Part shown: positions 34,698-47,470 of the stretch, piece by piece | Position numbering within the stretch: position 1 is the stretch's first letter | How the letters are laid out: each line of letters starts with the position of its first letter | NCBI GenBank assembly: GCA_002245135.1 | Contig: NGBS01000340.1 | Span: 1-49,816 of the forward strand | DNA: 49,816 nt | DNA from: Proteromonas lacertae | Taxonomy: Eukaryota | Reading direction: 5' to 3' | The notes under the pieces: generated by a model | What the model was told of the DNA's origin: nothing | What the model saw: only the letters and a program-made list of their open reading frames with translations | The model's database searches: none | Translations under genes and position numbers: made by a program

Positions 34698-36813
34698 CTG
34701 AGTTCGGCAGGGACAGGGACAGGACGGGACAAAGGACGGACAAAACTCTAAATGGACGTCCATTGTCGAACTATAGGATGTAATATCATAAATATAATTT
34801 TTTTTTAATTTTTATTGAAAAAAGAGGAAAAATTTATACTATATGGTATTAATTAGTATTTAATAATCAATAACAAGGACTGCCATGTTCAATATTTACT
34901 ACTTCATTATCTTCCTCTTCATAATTTTTATTAATTTCTCCTTCTATTTCTTCATCATTTATTACATCTATATCTTCATCACTTTCATTCTCCTCCTCTA
35001 ATTGAATGAAATTTTCATTTTTTCTTTTTTTATTTAATAAATAGAATTTAATAAGTAATATGTTGTTAAGTGTATTTATACTTAATCGATTTCTTAAGTG
35101 GCTGTGTATAATACCTTCTATGGAAAATGTACGCTCTATATAAGAATTAGAAGTGGGGATATTTGATAATATGTCATATATCCTCTTCAAATTTGGGAAA
35201 TAATTTCCATATGTTGAATACCAAATAACCGTACACTTTTCCTCAAATATAGTTGATGGGCTGTTATTATAAATCTCTTTATTCTCAAAATAATATATTT
35301 CTCTTGCTAAGTATTTATCACTAATGCCTGAAAAATTATCTATGATGAATTTTTTTATTTTATTTCTTTCAGATTCTTCTAAATTGTTTTCTAATTGTAG
35401 AAACATATATATCAAGATCATCTCGTAATTTACATGTCGCATAGATTCTGTTATTATATTGTCTATTGATTGTTGTTCTGTTGCTGTTAATTTTCTAATA
35501 TCACTATTTAATTTTGATAATATTAAGTATGCATCTTTCAAATTAGAACTGTCCTTACTAAGAATATGAATTTTGAGCATCCCTTTCTAATATGAGGAAC
35601 TTCACCATTGTTTTCATAAATAGTTTCTCTTACACTTTTGCAGGTATTTATTTTATGTTGTATGTTGTTGCAATAGTCTAATATTACTGTATATTTTGGC
35701 AATTCTAAAATATGTTTGCTTATGATGTTCAGCACGTGGGCTAAACATCCAAAGCTTATGACTATATGTCCTGTCGAATGTTCTACTATATCTGCTAAAC
35801 TTCTCATTGTAATATTGTTGTCTGATACTATTGAATAAATCCATTCTAAACTTATTTCGTACTTTGAAAGAGTCTGTTTTATTACATTTACAAGATTCTT
35901 TGCAGTTTCCTTTTGTTTAATTATAACGCTTTCTAAAAACACAATCTTATTTTGCTTTATAGCAAAATTGAAAATGTTATCATTATTGGTGTTTCTCCAC
36001 CCGTCTAGAAGTAAGGTAATTTTATTATTTTTTATTATTGATTCATTTACTAACGTATTACCCTTTTCATTGATCATATCTTTTATTTTTTTGGCTGAAG
36101 GTATTACTACATTATTTTGACTTAATTGACTTAATAGTGTTTTAAATGATGCACTTTCTACTATCATATCTACAATTATATCGTTAATTTCTAGATCTTC
36201 GGCATAATTATACTCTGTTATTTGTGTTTGTGATGAATTATTCTTTTCATAACATTTGTGATGTACGACATTTCTTGCATTGTATTCTTTTATTTTTCCC
36301 ACCATTTTTATCTATTACTTCTTCCAAAGTTTTTAAATCATAATAACCCCAAACTTTATCTCTTACTCTCGCTGGTAATGACATTAAAATGAAAAAACTT
36401 GATTAAAACAAGCCAGAAAATGTTTTGTATAGAATTTATGGAGTTATAATCAAAGAAGATATTTCATTATAGCAAAATGTTGTTATATATCATTCATTTG
36501 AGTTATTACAAATGTAATATGTCGTGATTAGAAGTAAATATAAATATTGTTAATTAGATATAAGATGGGATAAAAAATGAGTAAAAATAATTAAGTACGA
36601 TTACAATATGTTAATATAATAGTATAATTGAAAAATAATATATATATTTGTTAATTTTTCAGTAGGCAGGAGTATAATGCGTTTTATGGATATAAATAGT
36701 ATTTTTGTCAATTTATTACAAAAATACTAAAAAAAATATTACAAAAAGTAAAAGTGACAAAAGGGACAAAGAAAGGGACAAAAGTCGAAAAGGACGTCTT
36801 TTGCCTAACTCAG
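34698..36813 (-). mobile_element. hAT DNA transposon 1 (2116 bp)
   Basis: TIR CTGAGTTCGGCA / TGCCTAACTCAG (11/12); 8-bp TSD GTATAGAA at 34690-34697 and 36814-36821; GGACA subterminal repeats at both ends. Confidence 0.95.
34867..36305 (-). pseudogene. hAT transposase, frameshifted at ~35560
   Basis: LLLDGW, IVSDN, CLAHVLN, W..YG..FPNL, IPTSNSYIERTFS...RNRL; two overlapping ORFs, RW motif region missing. Confidence 0.9.
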
Positions 36814-37103
36814 GTATAGAAATAGCTTACAGGAGTCCCGTAGGAAGTAGACCCCGTTGGGAAGTAGACCCGGTTAAGAATCCCGTAGGAACCTTACGTA
36901 AATGGGACTATGGGACAAGTGTCAGAGTTGTAACGAGTGTTCTAGGAGTCCGTCCCCTTCTAGATTCAGAGTTGACTTTTACTGGAACTTCATCGATGCA
37001 ATCGATGAAGGCCCGTAGAAAACTCGTTAGGACTCTGGCACTTGTCCCAGAGTCCCATTTATATACTATATACCTATAAATGTATGTCTATGTAACTCGC
37101 ATA

Positions 37104-39308
37104 TAAGGTGCTAAAAACTGCGCCAGTTCTACGATATTTCTACGTTGCCGTGGTGCCGGCCGGCGCTGGGTTTCATAAAAAAATAAAAAAATAAATAGTG
37201 AAGGGGGAGTGATTTAAAGTATAAAAATGTATTGAAATTGCTATATAATGTAACTATAAAAAAATAATTATCAAAAAATAATCTTTATTCTTTTTTATGA
37301 GTTTTCTTTGTCAATCTGCTATATTTTTTGGACCAAAATTTAGAGATGGTATTGTATATAAAAGAAAATGCATCCTATGCAATTTTAACGTCAATATTGG
37401 TATTTATTTTATAATAGATATAATTAGGTACACAAAAGGATTCAAACACATCACACTTAAAAAGCCATCTAATGAAGAAACATAAATTTAGTGAAGAGTG
37501 TATTAAAAACAAAAATTTAATCTAACACTTTAATCAGACAACAATACCAACATACAGCAATATCAATAGAAAAATTCTTTACCAATACGTGGCAGCGTTA
37601 CACATAGATTGTCGACCTTTGCGATTTGGAGATGGATATGGGTTTAGTAGTTTTTTTAATACATTACATATAAAATTACCTACATATAAGCAAATATCAG
37701 ATACAACCGATTCAATAATATCGTTAATAAAAATGAAAATGGAATGCGACATAGAAAACACTAAATTTGTGAATATTCAAATGGACCATTGGAAAGGTAA
37801 AAGGACAAACTACTTAGCTATTTTTGTGGACTTCATGAAAGATATGAATATTACATCTTATTTAATATCTACAAAACAAGTAGATAATAAAAAGTCTGAA
37901 ACTACATCAATTATACTAAACAATTTACAAAATACTATATTACATGACAAAATAATAACGGCAACAAGCGATGGTGCCAGTGACATGGTAGCAGCTATTA
38001 AGATGTGCTCCTTTATACATATACATTGTTTTAGTCATCGTTTACATAACGCATTATTAAGATCGGAAGTTATAATTAAAACATCTGTGAATAAATTTAG
38101 TATACTCCTTGATCATTTAAACAGGAAGGACAATTTCTATGAAGAACTAAGGAAAGTTTTAATATTAAAATATAATCAAGAAAAGTTAAATATAATAACT
38201 GCCAAAATACCAAGTGCTATAGATGTTAGATGGTTCTCTTGCTACGACATGCTTCAACATTTTGTTGAATCTTTTAATGATATAAGATCCTATATTCAAG
38301 TAAATATTATTTTCAATTTAATTATTTTGTAATTATTAATAGGTTATTGATAAAGATTACACAGAAGAGTTCCCAAATAATAATGATTGTGATTTAATTG
38401 TAGAAATAGTAAAAATACTTAAACCCCTAATCGAATTACAGAAAAGGTTGATTCAAAGAAATCGATGTTCATTAACAATTATAATTAAAAGATTAAAAGT
38501 AGTTCATAGAATACTAATTATAAAGAAATGTATAGTTTAAGATTGAAAAAATCAATTAATGCAGCCGTAAGTGGTTTATGTTTAGAATATATTGAAGAGT
38601 TGCTTAAAAGATTTAGTAATACAGATAAATATAATTATTTATGTATAGAAAAATTTCCTTCTGAGGTAAAAGAATTAAAGATAACATCATTGTTGAATCC
38701 ATTAAATTATAAGTTGATGGTAAAAGATGATTACAGAGAGTTATTATATGAAGAAATCTGTTCAGTAATATCATTGACTCACACAACAAATGCTGTAAAA
38801 AACATATATGAAAGTGAAGAAGATGAAGAATATTTACATTCAGATAATGTCGCATTAAAAAATATAGCGTTTGAAATATCTACAAGTTATATTAATGATT
38901 GTAAGAAATATTGTGAAGAATATTATAAAACATTTGAAATAGAAATATATGATAAATTTGACTGCTTAAGTTATTGGCAATCCATACAAGATAAAACATA
39001 TTTCAAATATTTTGAACCTTTAATTCAACATTACCTACCTATTGAAGCAACAGAATTTAGTTGCGAAAGTCTTTTTCATTATGGTTGTATGATAAATTCA
39101 GATTTTAGAACAAGATTAGAATCTACAACAGTTTCAAATACATTATTTCTAATAGGAAATAGAAAAGAAATGTTTGATATATTAAATAACATAACTGATT
39201 AAATATTATATACTTATTATGTTTTTATTTTCTCTAAGTACAGGAGGCGCTCGCCTGGTCGGCGCTGGCGGTGGATGCCTGCCTAGGGGGGAGGCGCCAA
39301 ACACATTA
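37104..39308 (+). mobile_element. hAT DNA transposon 2 (2205 bp), a different family from hAT 1
   Basis: 8-bp TSD CTCGCATA at 37096-37103 and 39309-39316; imperfect ends TAAGGTG / CACATTA; GCGCC/GCCG-rich subterminal tracts. Confidence 0.9.
37297..39202 (+). pseudogene. Spliced BED-finger hAT transposase with premature stop and frameshift
   Basis: Intron 37400-37427 yields CILC...TSHLKSHLMKKH (BED finger); in-frame TAA 37523-37525; QMDHW, TSDGASDM, HCFSHRLH, DVRWFS; intron 38300-38342; shift at ~38520; YW...IEATEFSCESLFH...RTRL. Confidence 0.85.
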
Positions 39309-39433
39309 CTCGCATATTTTTTGTATATATAATAACTCATCCTAATTACCATATTCTTTTTGTTGATGAAGAAAGAAAATATATAAAACATAATACAGTT
39401 AATAACAAAAAAAAATATAAAAAAGGAATAATT

Positions 39434-41096
39434 TCAATACACATATGGCAATAATGCTTCATATGGTATGGAAATTGTTTTTTTTACACTTTTTGCTTTA
39501 TCAATTAATACTTTTATTTCTTTTTCTTTGAATTTTTTAATTCTATATCTATTTTTAATAAGTAGATTTCTAAGAAATAGTGGAAATGATTTTACATCTC
39601 TACCTTTCTTTGTATTTATTCCAACATCCTCTTGAGGACTTACATAGAATAAACCTAAACCATTATATCTACGACCTTCATACATTTTATATAACTGTTT
39701 TAGTATATAAACCATTTCAGGTGATAAGTCATGTCTTTTACTAATAGTAAACTGAATACCCATAGGATCAATCAATGCATCAATATCAGGAAATCTTCCA
39801 TTGTAACTTAAATCGAATAAATTCATTTCTTTTTTATTCATTCTTTTACCTAAATCAATATCATCTTTAACTTCCACTACTTCAACATTTTTTATCTTGT
39901 CTTTTGTCGTTTTATGTTTTCTATCTTTATATATTTTATCAATAATTAATTCTTTTAAATTGTTATTTAAATCACACATTTTATTTATTATCATTTCTCT
40001 AAATCTTTCATTACTTTCCAATAAATATAACATTATATTCTCATATATACATCCAATTATACTTCCATTTGTAGATTTAAACAATAAATTTATCATCTCT
40101 TTGCATTCTTCTATTGAAGTAATTTTGAATAGTACTTTCGTAGCTATTTTTTGAACTGTTTTAGATATGAATATCAAATGATTGGATTCAGTAACATCTT
40201 CATATGTTTCATATATTAATATTTTATTATATTTTGTATTGTTTTCATCTTTCGAAAGAGAAGATAAACTAATTCCTTTTATAATGTCTTTGATTTTGTG
40301 ATTTTCTTTCATTTTAGTAAGTTCATATTTAATCATTTCTTCATCACATTCTTTATTTCCAATTATACCTCCATAATATTCATAATTCTTTCTATATAAT
40401 TCTATTTTTTTTTCATAATCAATTAGCTTTGCAGGCAATGTTGATCTTTCTCTTAATTCACATCTATTAATAAAATGTCTTGTAGGTAAAATATTTTTGG
40501 GATTTTCTAGAATTATTACTTTTTCTACTTCTTCTTTTGTAAATGGAGGTATATACATTACCAGAGGATATCTCTTACTCTCAAATGTTTTATACTTTTT
40601 ATCACATGGATCAGCTAATAGTATTATCATTTTTGCATCAGCATAATCATCTTCTCCAATTACACCTCCATCACAAATTAATATATAATCTTTGTCTATT
40701 TCACATTCATTATAACCTTTTATTCTCTCTCCGTTTCCATCTATATGTTTTATTCTAACATTTTCATTCCTCTTTTCATAAATATATTCTTTTATAACAT
40801 TCGCTAATATTGATTTTCCTATTCCAGCTTGTCCAAATATTAAATAGTTCTTTTGATGTTTAAAATCTAGATTCATACCTTCAGGATAAATAATATCCAA
40901 AATTGATTTATAACATTTTCTCATCAAATAAATAGTATTAGCATCTATATCAGCAAATATTTCAAAATCCACTTTTTCTGGTAGTTTACATAATGGTGAT
41001 GGATTTTCAGTTACAGCTTCTTCCTCTTCATCATCTTCCTCTTCCTCCTTCTCCTTCTCTTTCTCTTCTCTTTTTTCTTCTTCTATTTCTATTTCA

Positions 41097-41129
<33 letters not shown>

Positions 41130-42997
41130 CTTCCTCCTCCTTTTGCTACCACTTTGCGACTTTCATTTAAACCACAATATTTATATTCACAATTTTCATT
41201 TTTATTATATTCCCATTTTATTATATTATATAAATATAGATTATTTATACTTTGATTGATTTTTCTATTTTTGTTTCATTAGTTTCTAATCTCTCACCAT
41301 CTAATAATATTTTTATAAATATTCCATTCATTATTAAATCAAAATAATTGTTTTCATCCAATATAAAATAAACAAAATGTTTTGCACCATCAGGATGATG
41401 AACTAAGATTGGCTTATCATAATTTAGTCTAAAATTTTTATCTTCTTTCACATTTAATTGTATTATATCTTTACTCAATTCATATGATATCATTTGTTTC
41501 ATTACACCTCTTTTCATTTCTTTATCATCATTCTTAATTTCATCATAATATCGACATAATTCACTATATTCTGGTTCATTCTTAGGTGGATAGAATTTAT
41601 TCATTATGTATTTTTCAACCTTCTCAGATATGAATTTTAAATGATCTTTTGGTACTAATACTTCATGACCTAAATAAGCATTCATTTCTTTTTCATAATC
41701 ATATCTTAATATTATATTCGATAATCCATTATTATCAGTTAATCTTTCTTCTTTCATATAATTACTAACAAAATTATTATAACCAATTGTACCAACTACA
41801 CTATCTATTAACTTCACATAATATTTCCAATAATCTCTACCATAATTCTCTTTATATAAATGATGAAAGTAAATCAATCTAGGAATATTACCATATGTTT
41901 TACATATTTCTTCAAATTCATCATCTCTGTCAATACCAATACATTTATCAAACCATTTTACTACTTCTTCATAACTTAATGTTTCGAAATATAATTCAGT
42001 TATATCTCTTCTAGCTTTGTATGTTTTAAAATTATTTTCATCTGGTGAACTAATGGATATTACGATATTATTTGGTTTATATTCGCCATTATAAGTGTCA
42101 ACTATTATTATTGACTCTGTAACATCATTCATGTTTGTATCTACTATACAGATTTTGCCATCTTGGTTAAGTTTATACACTTGCTTTTCAAGTGGATTAC
42201 CATTTTTTTTTCCTTTTACTACATATATACCATTTATTTCTCTTTCTATTCTTTTATCTTCATCCATATATCTATAATCATCATATGTCTTTAAACAATG
42301 TAATAGATAATATAAGAAACTTGTTTTACCTATGCCAGGTTGGCCACTTATTATAATTGTTGGATATACATTTCTGCTCATTAGTTTGATAATATCTTTA
42401 TACATTTGTAAGTAACACGATCTCTTCAAAATCATTCTCTTTGGAAATTGAAATACATTAACACTATCATCTCTAAATCGTAAACAATCTTTATCATCAT
42501 CTACCAAACTATTTATTATCTTCACAAAATTATCTTCTTCTAACTTTCTTCTTTTACATATATCAAACACAACATTTAATTTTCTTACCATCTTTATTCC
42601 TCCTGATATTGTTGATTCTAATAATTCAGGAACATATTTACAGAACATAAACAACTGTGAAGACAAACTAATAGCATTCTTCTTCTATTCAATATAATAC
42701 AACTATATACCACTTCTAAAGGATTTAGCTGTTCTTTTTGTCGTTTAATTTTTAATGGTTTATGTACAAGTGAAGGGAGTACAGGCTTAACAGTTGGTTT
42801 AACAATCTAACATTATAGGAATTTATAATACATTTGTAGCTGTCTTTTTAGACTCATTTCCTAAAATATCGGTTCTTTTTCTTTTTATACTATCTCTGTA
42901 TTTTTCTTCTTTACCTATGCAATATATAAATACTTTAAAAAGCAATACATTTTAGTTTTGGTACAATAAAATCAACCTTTACAGCAAAGCAGCTCAT
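39434..42997 (-). CDS. CR protein copy 3: intact Walker A in both NTPases and full REase, but intron-4 acceptor is GG instead of AG
   Basis: ATG 42997; GIGKT and GIGKS; FPDIDAL...QFTISKRH; plus-strand tcccatttta (c at 41214) versus tcctatttta in copy 1. Confidence 0.75.
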
Positions 42998-43694
42998 ATT
43001 ACTATCTATAACTAAATTATATATAAAAAGAGAAAAAAATACCGAATAAAGGAGGTGCGAATAATTCAAATGATTGTGAAAATAGCCAATCAAATCATTC
43101 AAAATGAATTATCAAGCATTTGGCTTGATCATAATTATTTTTAAATCAATTTTTATTGTGATGTAGAAGAAGATTAAAACTAAATATTTGTTAATACCAT
43201 TGCACTGCATAAAAATGTATAAATATTATGTTATTTGACCTAAACAATAATTGTAATAGAATGTTGTGTAATTTCCAAAAGCTTGAGTATAATCCATTTG
43301 AATGTTTATAAATTCTAATAAATAATCCTTGAATATAATCCAGTTGAGCAAATCTCCCTTATATCCAAGAAATGAAATGATGGAGATAGAATACTTGACT
43401 AATTTACTTTGAATTAGTAAACTAAGCAGGGTTGTATAGATTGGTGATTGATTGTAGTTGTTGACTGTTTGATATAACTCTGATTTAGATTATTATACTG
43501 ATTTACAGAAAATACTACCTTCTTATGCTGTATCACTACCTCAGGTTTTAACTAATAATTAATATCAAACAAGAATCAACCTTTCATTATTTTATAATGA
43601 AATTCAACAAAATACAATGTAATATATAAATAAAAAACACTTACATCACATCAGTTAAAGACTAATCTACAAAAATAATATATAAAATAAACCA

Positions 43695-44466
43695 CTACTT
43701 CTTTACTGCATTTAATTCTCTCTTTATTCTTTCTTGTTCTCTTTGATCTCTTTCCTTTTCAAATTGTCTATAATCAACACGTAATAAAAAGTCCTTTTTC
43801 TCTAAATATCCATTCTTTGCAGCTTTTTCTACTTCATCTCTAATTCCTTTCTTGTCTTTATATTGTTCCCAATCATGAGCTGTTTTATCTAATGTAGAAA
43901 TATTCTTTGGTGCTTTTAATTGGTTTAATAATACGTCTAAATCATCCTGCTTCTTTCTAGTTGATGTGTTATTTTCAGGTTGTTTTTCATTTGTTGTTAT
44001 TTTTATTGTTCTACCTGCGAATCTTACTTCTTTTTCTACTTTTGGTTTGTTTAATTGTTGTGCTATTTTGGCTGCTGCTTCTTTGGCTTTTTTTAAATTC
44101 TCTTCATCATTATTGGTGGTTAATATGTTTGACATTACTTTAGCTTTTGTCTTCGATTTAGTTTTTGAATTCAATTGATTCATCATTGCTGATAATGATT
44201 GAGATTTTGTTTTGGGCTTTTTAGGTTGATTAAAAGACAACAATTCTTTAAAAGCTTCATCTACTTTTCTTTTTTGGTGATCTGATATTTCATTTACATC
44301 TTTATATTCCACTTCACCCACTTTTTTATTTCTAAGCTCATGATTTTCTGGTTCAGCAATTTGATCCAAAGGTATTTCTATTAGTAATAGTAATATTGAA
44401 AATACCTGGCGCATAATCATCATCTTCCTCTTCATTATAACCCTTTTCTTCTTGTAAATAACTCAT
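43695..44466 (-). CDS. SWC5: BCNT-C domain protein (Swc5/CFDP1-like)
   Basis: ISTLDKTAHDWEQYK...GYLEKKDFLLRVDYRQFEKER; ATG 44466 and a 28-nt intron give MSYLQEEKGYNEEEDDDYAPEIP. Confidence 0.85.
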
Positions 44467-44678
44467 AAAAACGATTAAAAAATAAATGCAAAATAGATTT
44501 GAAAAGAATTATATTTGATAAAGTAGTTTTGATGAATTGTAATTTGACCGAGTCAGAAATCTTTGTTTTTATAATTGTCAAGTATTCATTAAATAGCCAA
44601 CTATCTTTTGTTTTTCTTGTTTCTTTTAATATATTCTTTATTATATTTTATATTATAATCAATAGGGGATCATAAACA

Positions 44679-45646
44679 ATGTATGATGTTAAACAACTCT
44701 TTGAACAAGTAAAATCAAGAACTCCATTAACAGAAAATCAACTTAGATTTATTTGTGAACAAGTAAAAGAAATATTAGTTGAAGAGGCCAACGTCCAAGT
44801 ATAATACTCATTTTTAGATTATAATAGATGATTCAAACCCCTGTATGGGTATGTGGTGATATTCATGGTCAATTTTACGATTTGAAGCATTTATTTGAAT
44901 TAGGTGGTGAAATGGACAACACTGATGAAAGATATGTGTTTTTAGGCGATTATGTTGATCGAGGTCACTTCTCAGTAGAAACAGTAGAACTCTTATTATG
45001 TTTAAAGGTATTATATCCAGAAAGAATCACATTATTACGAGGAAATCACGAAATGAGACAAATTACAATGACATATGGTTTTTATGATGAATGTAGTAAG
45101 AAATATGGTAACATGAATGCTTGGAGGTATATAACTGATATATTTGACTACCTACCAATCAGTGGTGTGATTAACGGACAAGTATTTTGTGTACATGGCG
45201 GTTTATCTCCTGATTTATCATCTATTGATTATATTCAAACTATTGATCGTAGACATGAGGTTCCTAATACAGGTACTTATGCTGATTTATTATGGTCCGA
45301 TCCAGAGGAAGATTACAAAGGATTTGGTAGAAATCCACGTGGTTGTGGTTATATTTTCGGTAGTGATGTTGCTGATCAGTTTTGTCAATGGAATAATTTG
45401 AATTTGATTTGTAGAGCACATCAGTTGGCTAAAGAGGGTTATAAATTCTTCTTCCCTAATCGTAACTGTTTGATCGTATGGAGTGTACCAAATTACTGCT
45501 ACAGAGAAGGTAATAGAGCATCTATATTGAAAATCACTGATAATAATCTAAGTGAAATTGATGAGGAGAAGGACTTTATATTATATGATCAAACACCAGA
45601 ACCTGAAGATGAAAGTACGATGAACAAACCACAATATATGTTGTAA
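44679..45646 (+). CDS. PP2A-family Ser/Thr phosphatase catalytic subunit (PP4/PP6/Ppg1-like)
   Basis: GDIHGQ, GDYVDRG, RGNHE, HGGLSP, RAHQL, SVPNYCY, C-terminal YML; intron 44799-44827. Confidence 0.92.
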
Positions 45647-45803
45647 TTATAGAATATAATATTAATAATAATATATATACACTTGTAATGTTTTGTTATG
45701 GATAAATACAGAAACACACAAATAAAACAACAGTTTTCAACATAGTAGAATGTATATTAAAAGAAATCTAGAAAAAAAGTAAAGAATTAATAATTCTTTC
45801 TTT

Positions 45804-47225
45804 CTAAACTAATTTTCCATTACCTCCTATTATATTACACTCTTTAAAATTAGCACATAAATGCTTCTTTAATTCGTTGTAAAATTTGACATATTCTAAC
45901 GCATCACCACTTAATTTTTCAATTTCCATCATATAACTATCATCACTAATCTTATATAACTGTATTTCTACATATATTTTAGGTTTAGCCGTCTTCACCG
46001 ATATTCCATATATATACGCTTTAGGATTAACAACTTCAAATTCACTATTTTTGATCTGTTTACTTATATCCCTTAATTTCGATTCTATCACTTCAGCTTT
46101 GTTTATTAATATCAAATATATATTCCTAGGAGTTCCATTATCACCTATTATTAATCTATTCAACGTATTTGTACCTAAAGCACTGACTATATCAAACGCA
46201 GTTAATGTTATCACTTCATTTAATGTATTAGAATCACCAGTATCATTTACATCAACTATTGCATTAGAAACTTGTTCTTTTGTTGGTATTATATCTGCAG
46301 AACCATCTCCTTTATCACTACTACCATCTTTCATTTGATATTTCACTTTATTTAACCATGAATCTTTTAATATTTCATCTATTTTAATTCTACTAGCTGG
46401 ATCTGGATTTAATATCTTTCTAATCAATGACTTTGCACCACTACTAAACCAATTGGGAAATTTATAATCTGCTCTTTGAATCTTGTGAAATAAATCTGAC
46501 ATGTTTGGCTCGTCAAATGGTAAATATCCTGCTAATAACACAAAGAGTATCACACCCATACTCCATATATCACTTATCCTACCATCATATCCTTTATCTA
46601 ATAATACCTCTGGAGCTACATAATTAGGTGTACCACAGGTGGTATGTAATAATTCACTCGATCCTTCTCCACTTCCATCACTACTACCACCACCACTTGC
46701 ACCTTCTGTACCATTCTCATCTTTACTATACAAAGCGCTAAGACCAAAATCGGAGATTTTAAGGTTTAATTTATCATCTAATAATAAATTTTCTGGTTTC
46801 AAGTCTCGATGGCAAACGCCTTGTTCGTGACAATATTTTACACCTTCTACAAGTTGTAAAAAGTAAAATCTAGCTTCATCTTCTGACAATCTACCTGCAT
46901 TTACAATTTTATCAAATAACTCACCTCCCGTAATTAATTCCAATACTATAAAGATTTTTGTTCTACTAGCTAAGACTTCTATTAAATTAACTACGTTTTT
47001 ATGCCTAACCATCTTCATTACCGATATTTCTTTTTTAATCTGGTTTCCCATATTTTGTTTCTGTATTTTTTCTTTTTCCAATATCTTAATAGCGACTTTC
47101 TCATTTGTTTCTGTATTTAACGCCATTTTCACTCTAATAACAATATACAACAATTATAAATACTTTCCAAATGTACCTTCTCCTAATGTTTTCCCTATTT
47201 CATACTTTCCTACTCGCCTTACCAT
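45804..47225 (-). CDS. SNF1/AMPK-related kinase, CIPK-like
   Basis: Exon 1 MVRRVGKYEIGKTLGEGTFGK, 30-nt intron 47134-47163; HRDLKPEN, DFGLS, LLHTTCGTPNYVAPE; NAF-like LTAFDIV. Confidence 0.9.
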
Positions 47226-47470
47226 AAAAAATCGAATTTTAAAGAAAGAAGAAAAAGTTTGACTCGATTCTATCCGTTACAACAAAACACAGTTTTTTCA
47301 TTCTCATTTTAACACCATATACTTAATAGAAAATGTACTTAAAATATATAAAATATAATCTAATTAAGAATATTAAATTGATCTTATCATAATATATTCC
47401 TAATTAAAATATAATTAAAAACAAATATAAAATTTTACGATTTTGAAAACCTAATTGTTTAAATTAGTAC

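Larger units (their letters stand above)
21656..37072. mobile_element. Virus-like / large DNA mobile element relic with palindromic terminal inverted repeats
   Basis: Abrupt rise in GC (by eye roughly 40% versus about 25% in host), intronless ORFs with different codon usage, inverted terminal repeats, RNR and pPolB-like remnants. Confidence 0.75.
34517..37072 (-). repeat. Right terminal inverted repeat (34517-34697 plus 36814-37072), interrupted by a hAT insertion
   Basis: Reverse complement of the left repeat; contains palindrome 36899-37061 with hairpin tip 36988-37010. Confidence 0.9.

Noticed and set aside
21656..37072. DIRS retrotransposon (inverted termini plus internal complementary region)
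   Set aside because: No reverse transcriptase, RNase H or tyrosine recombinase motifs seen; the internal repeat is better explained as a deleted copy of a whole terminus.
21656..37072. CRISPR array or bacterial/phage contamination
   Set aside because: Repeats are not regularly spaced direct repeats with unique spacers, no cas genes were seen, and a eukaryotic hAT is inserted in the island with a perfect TSD.
36705..37079. 124-aa ORF
   Set aside because: Runs across the hAT end and the terminal palindrome; chance open frame.
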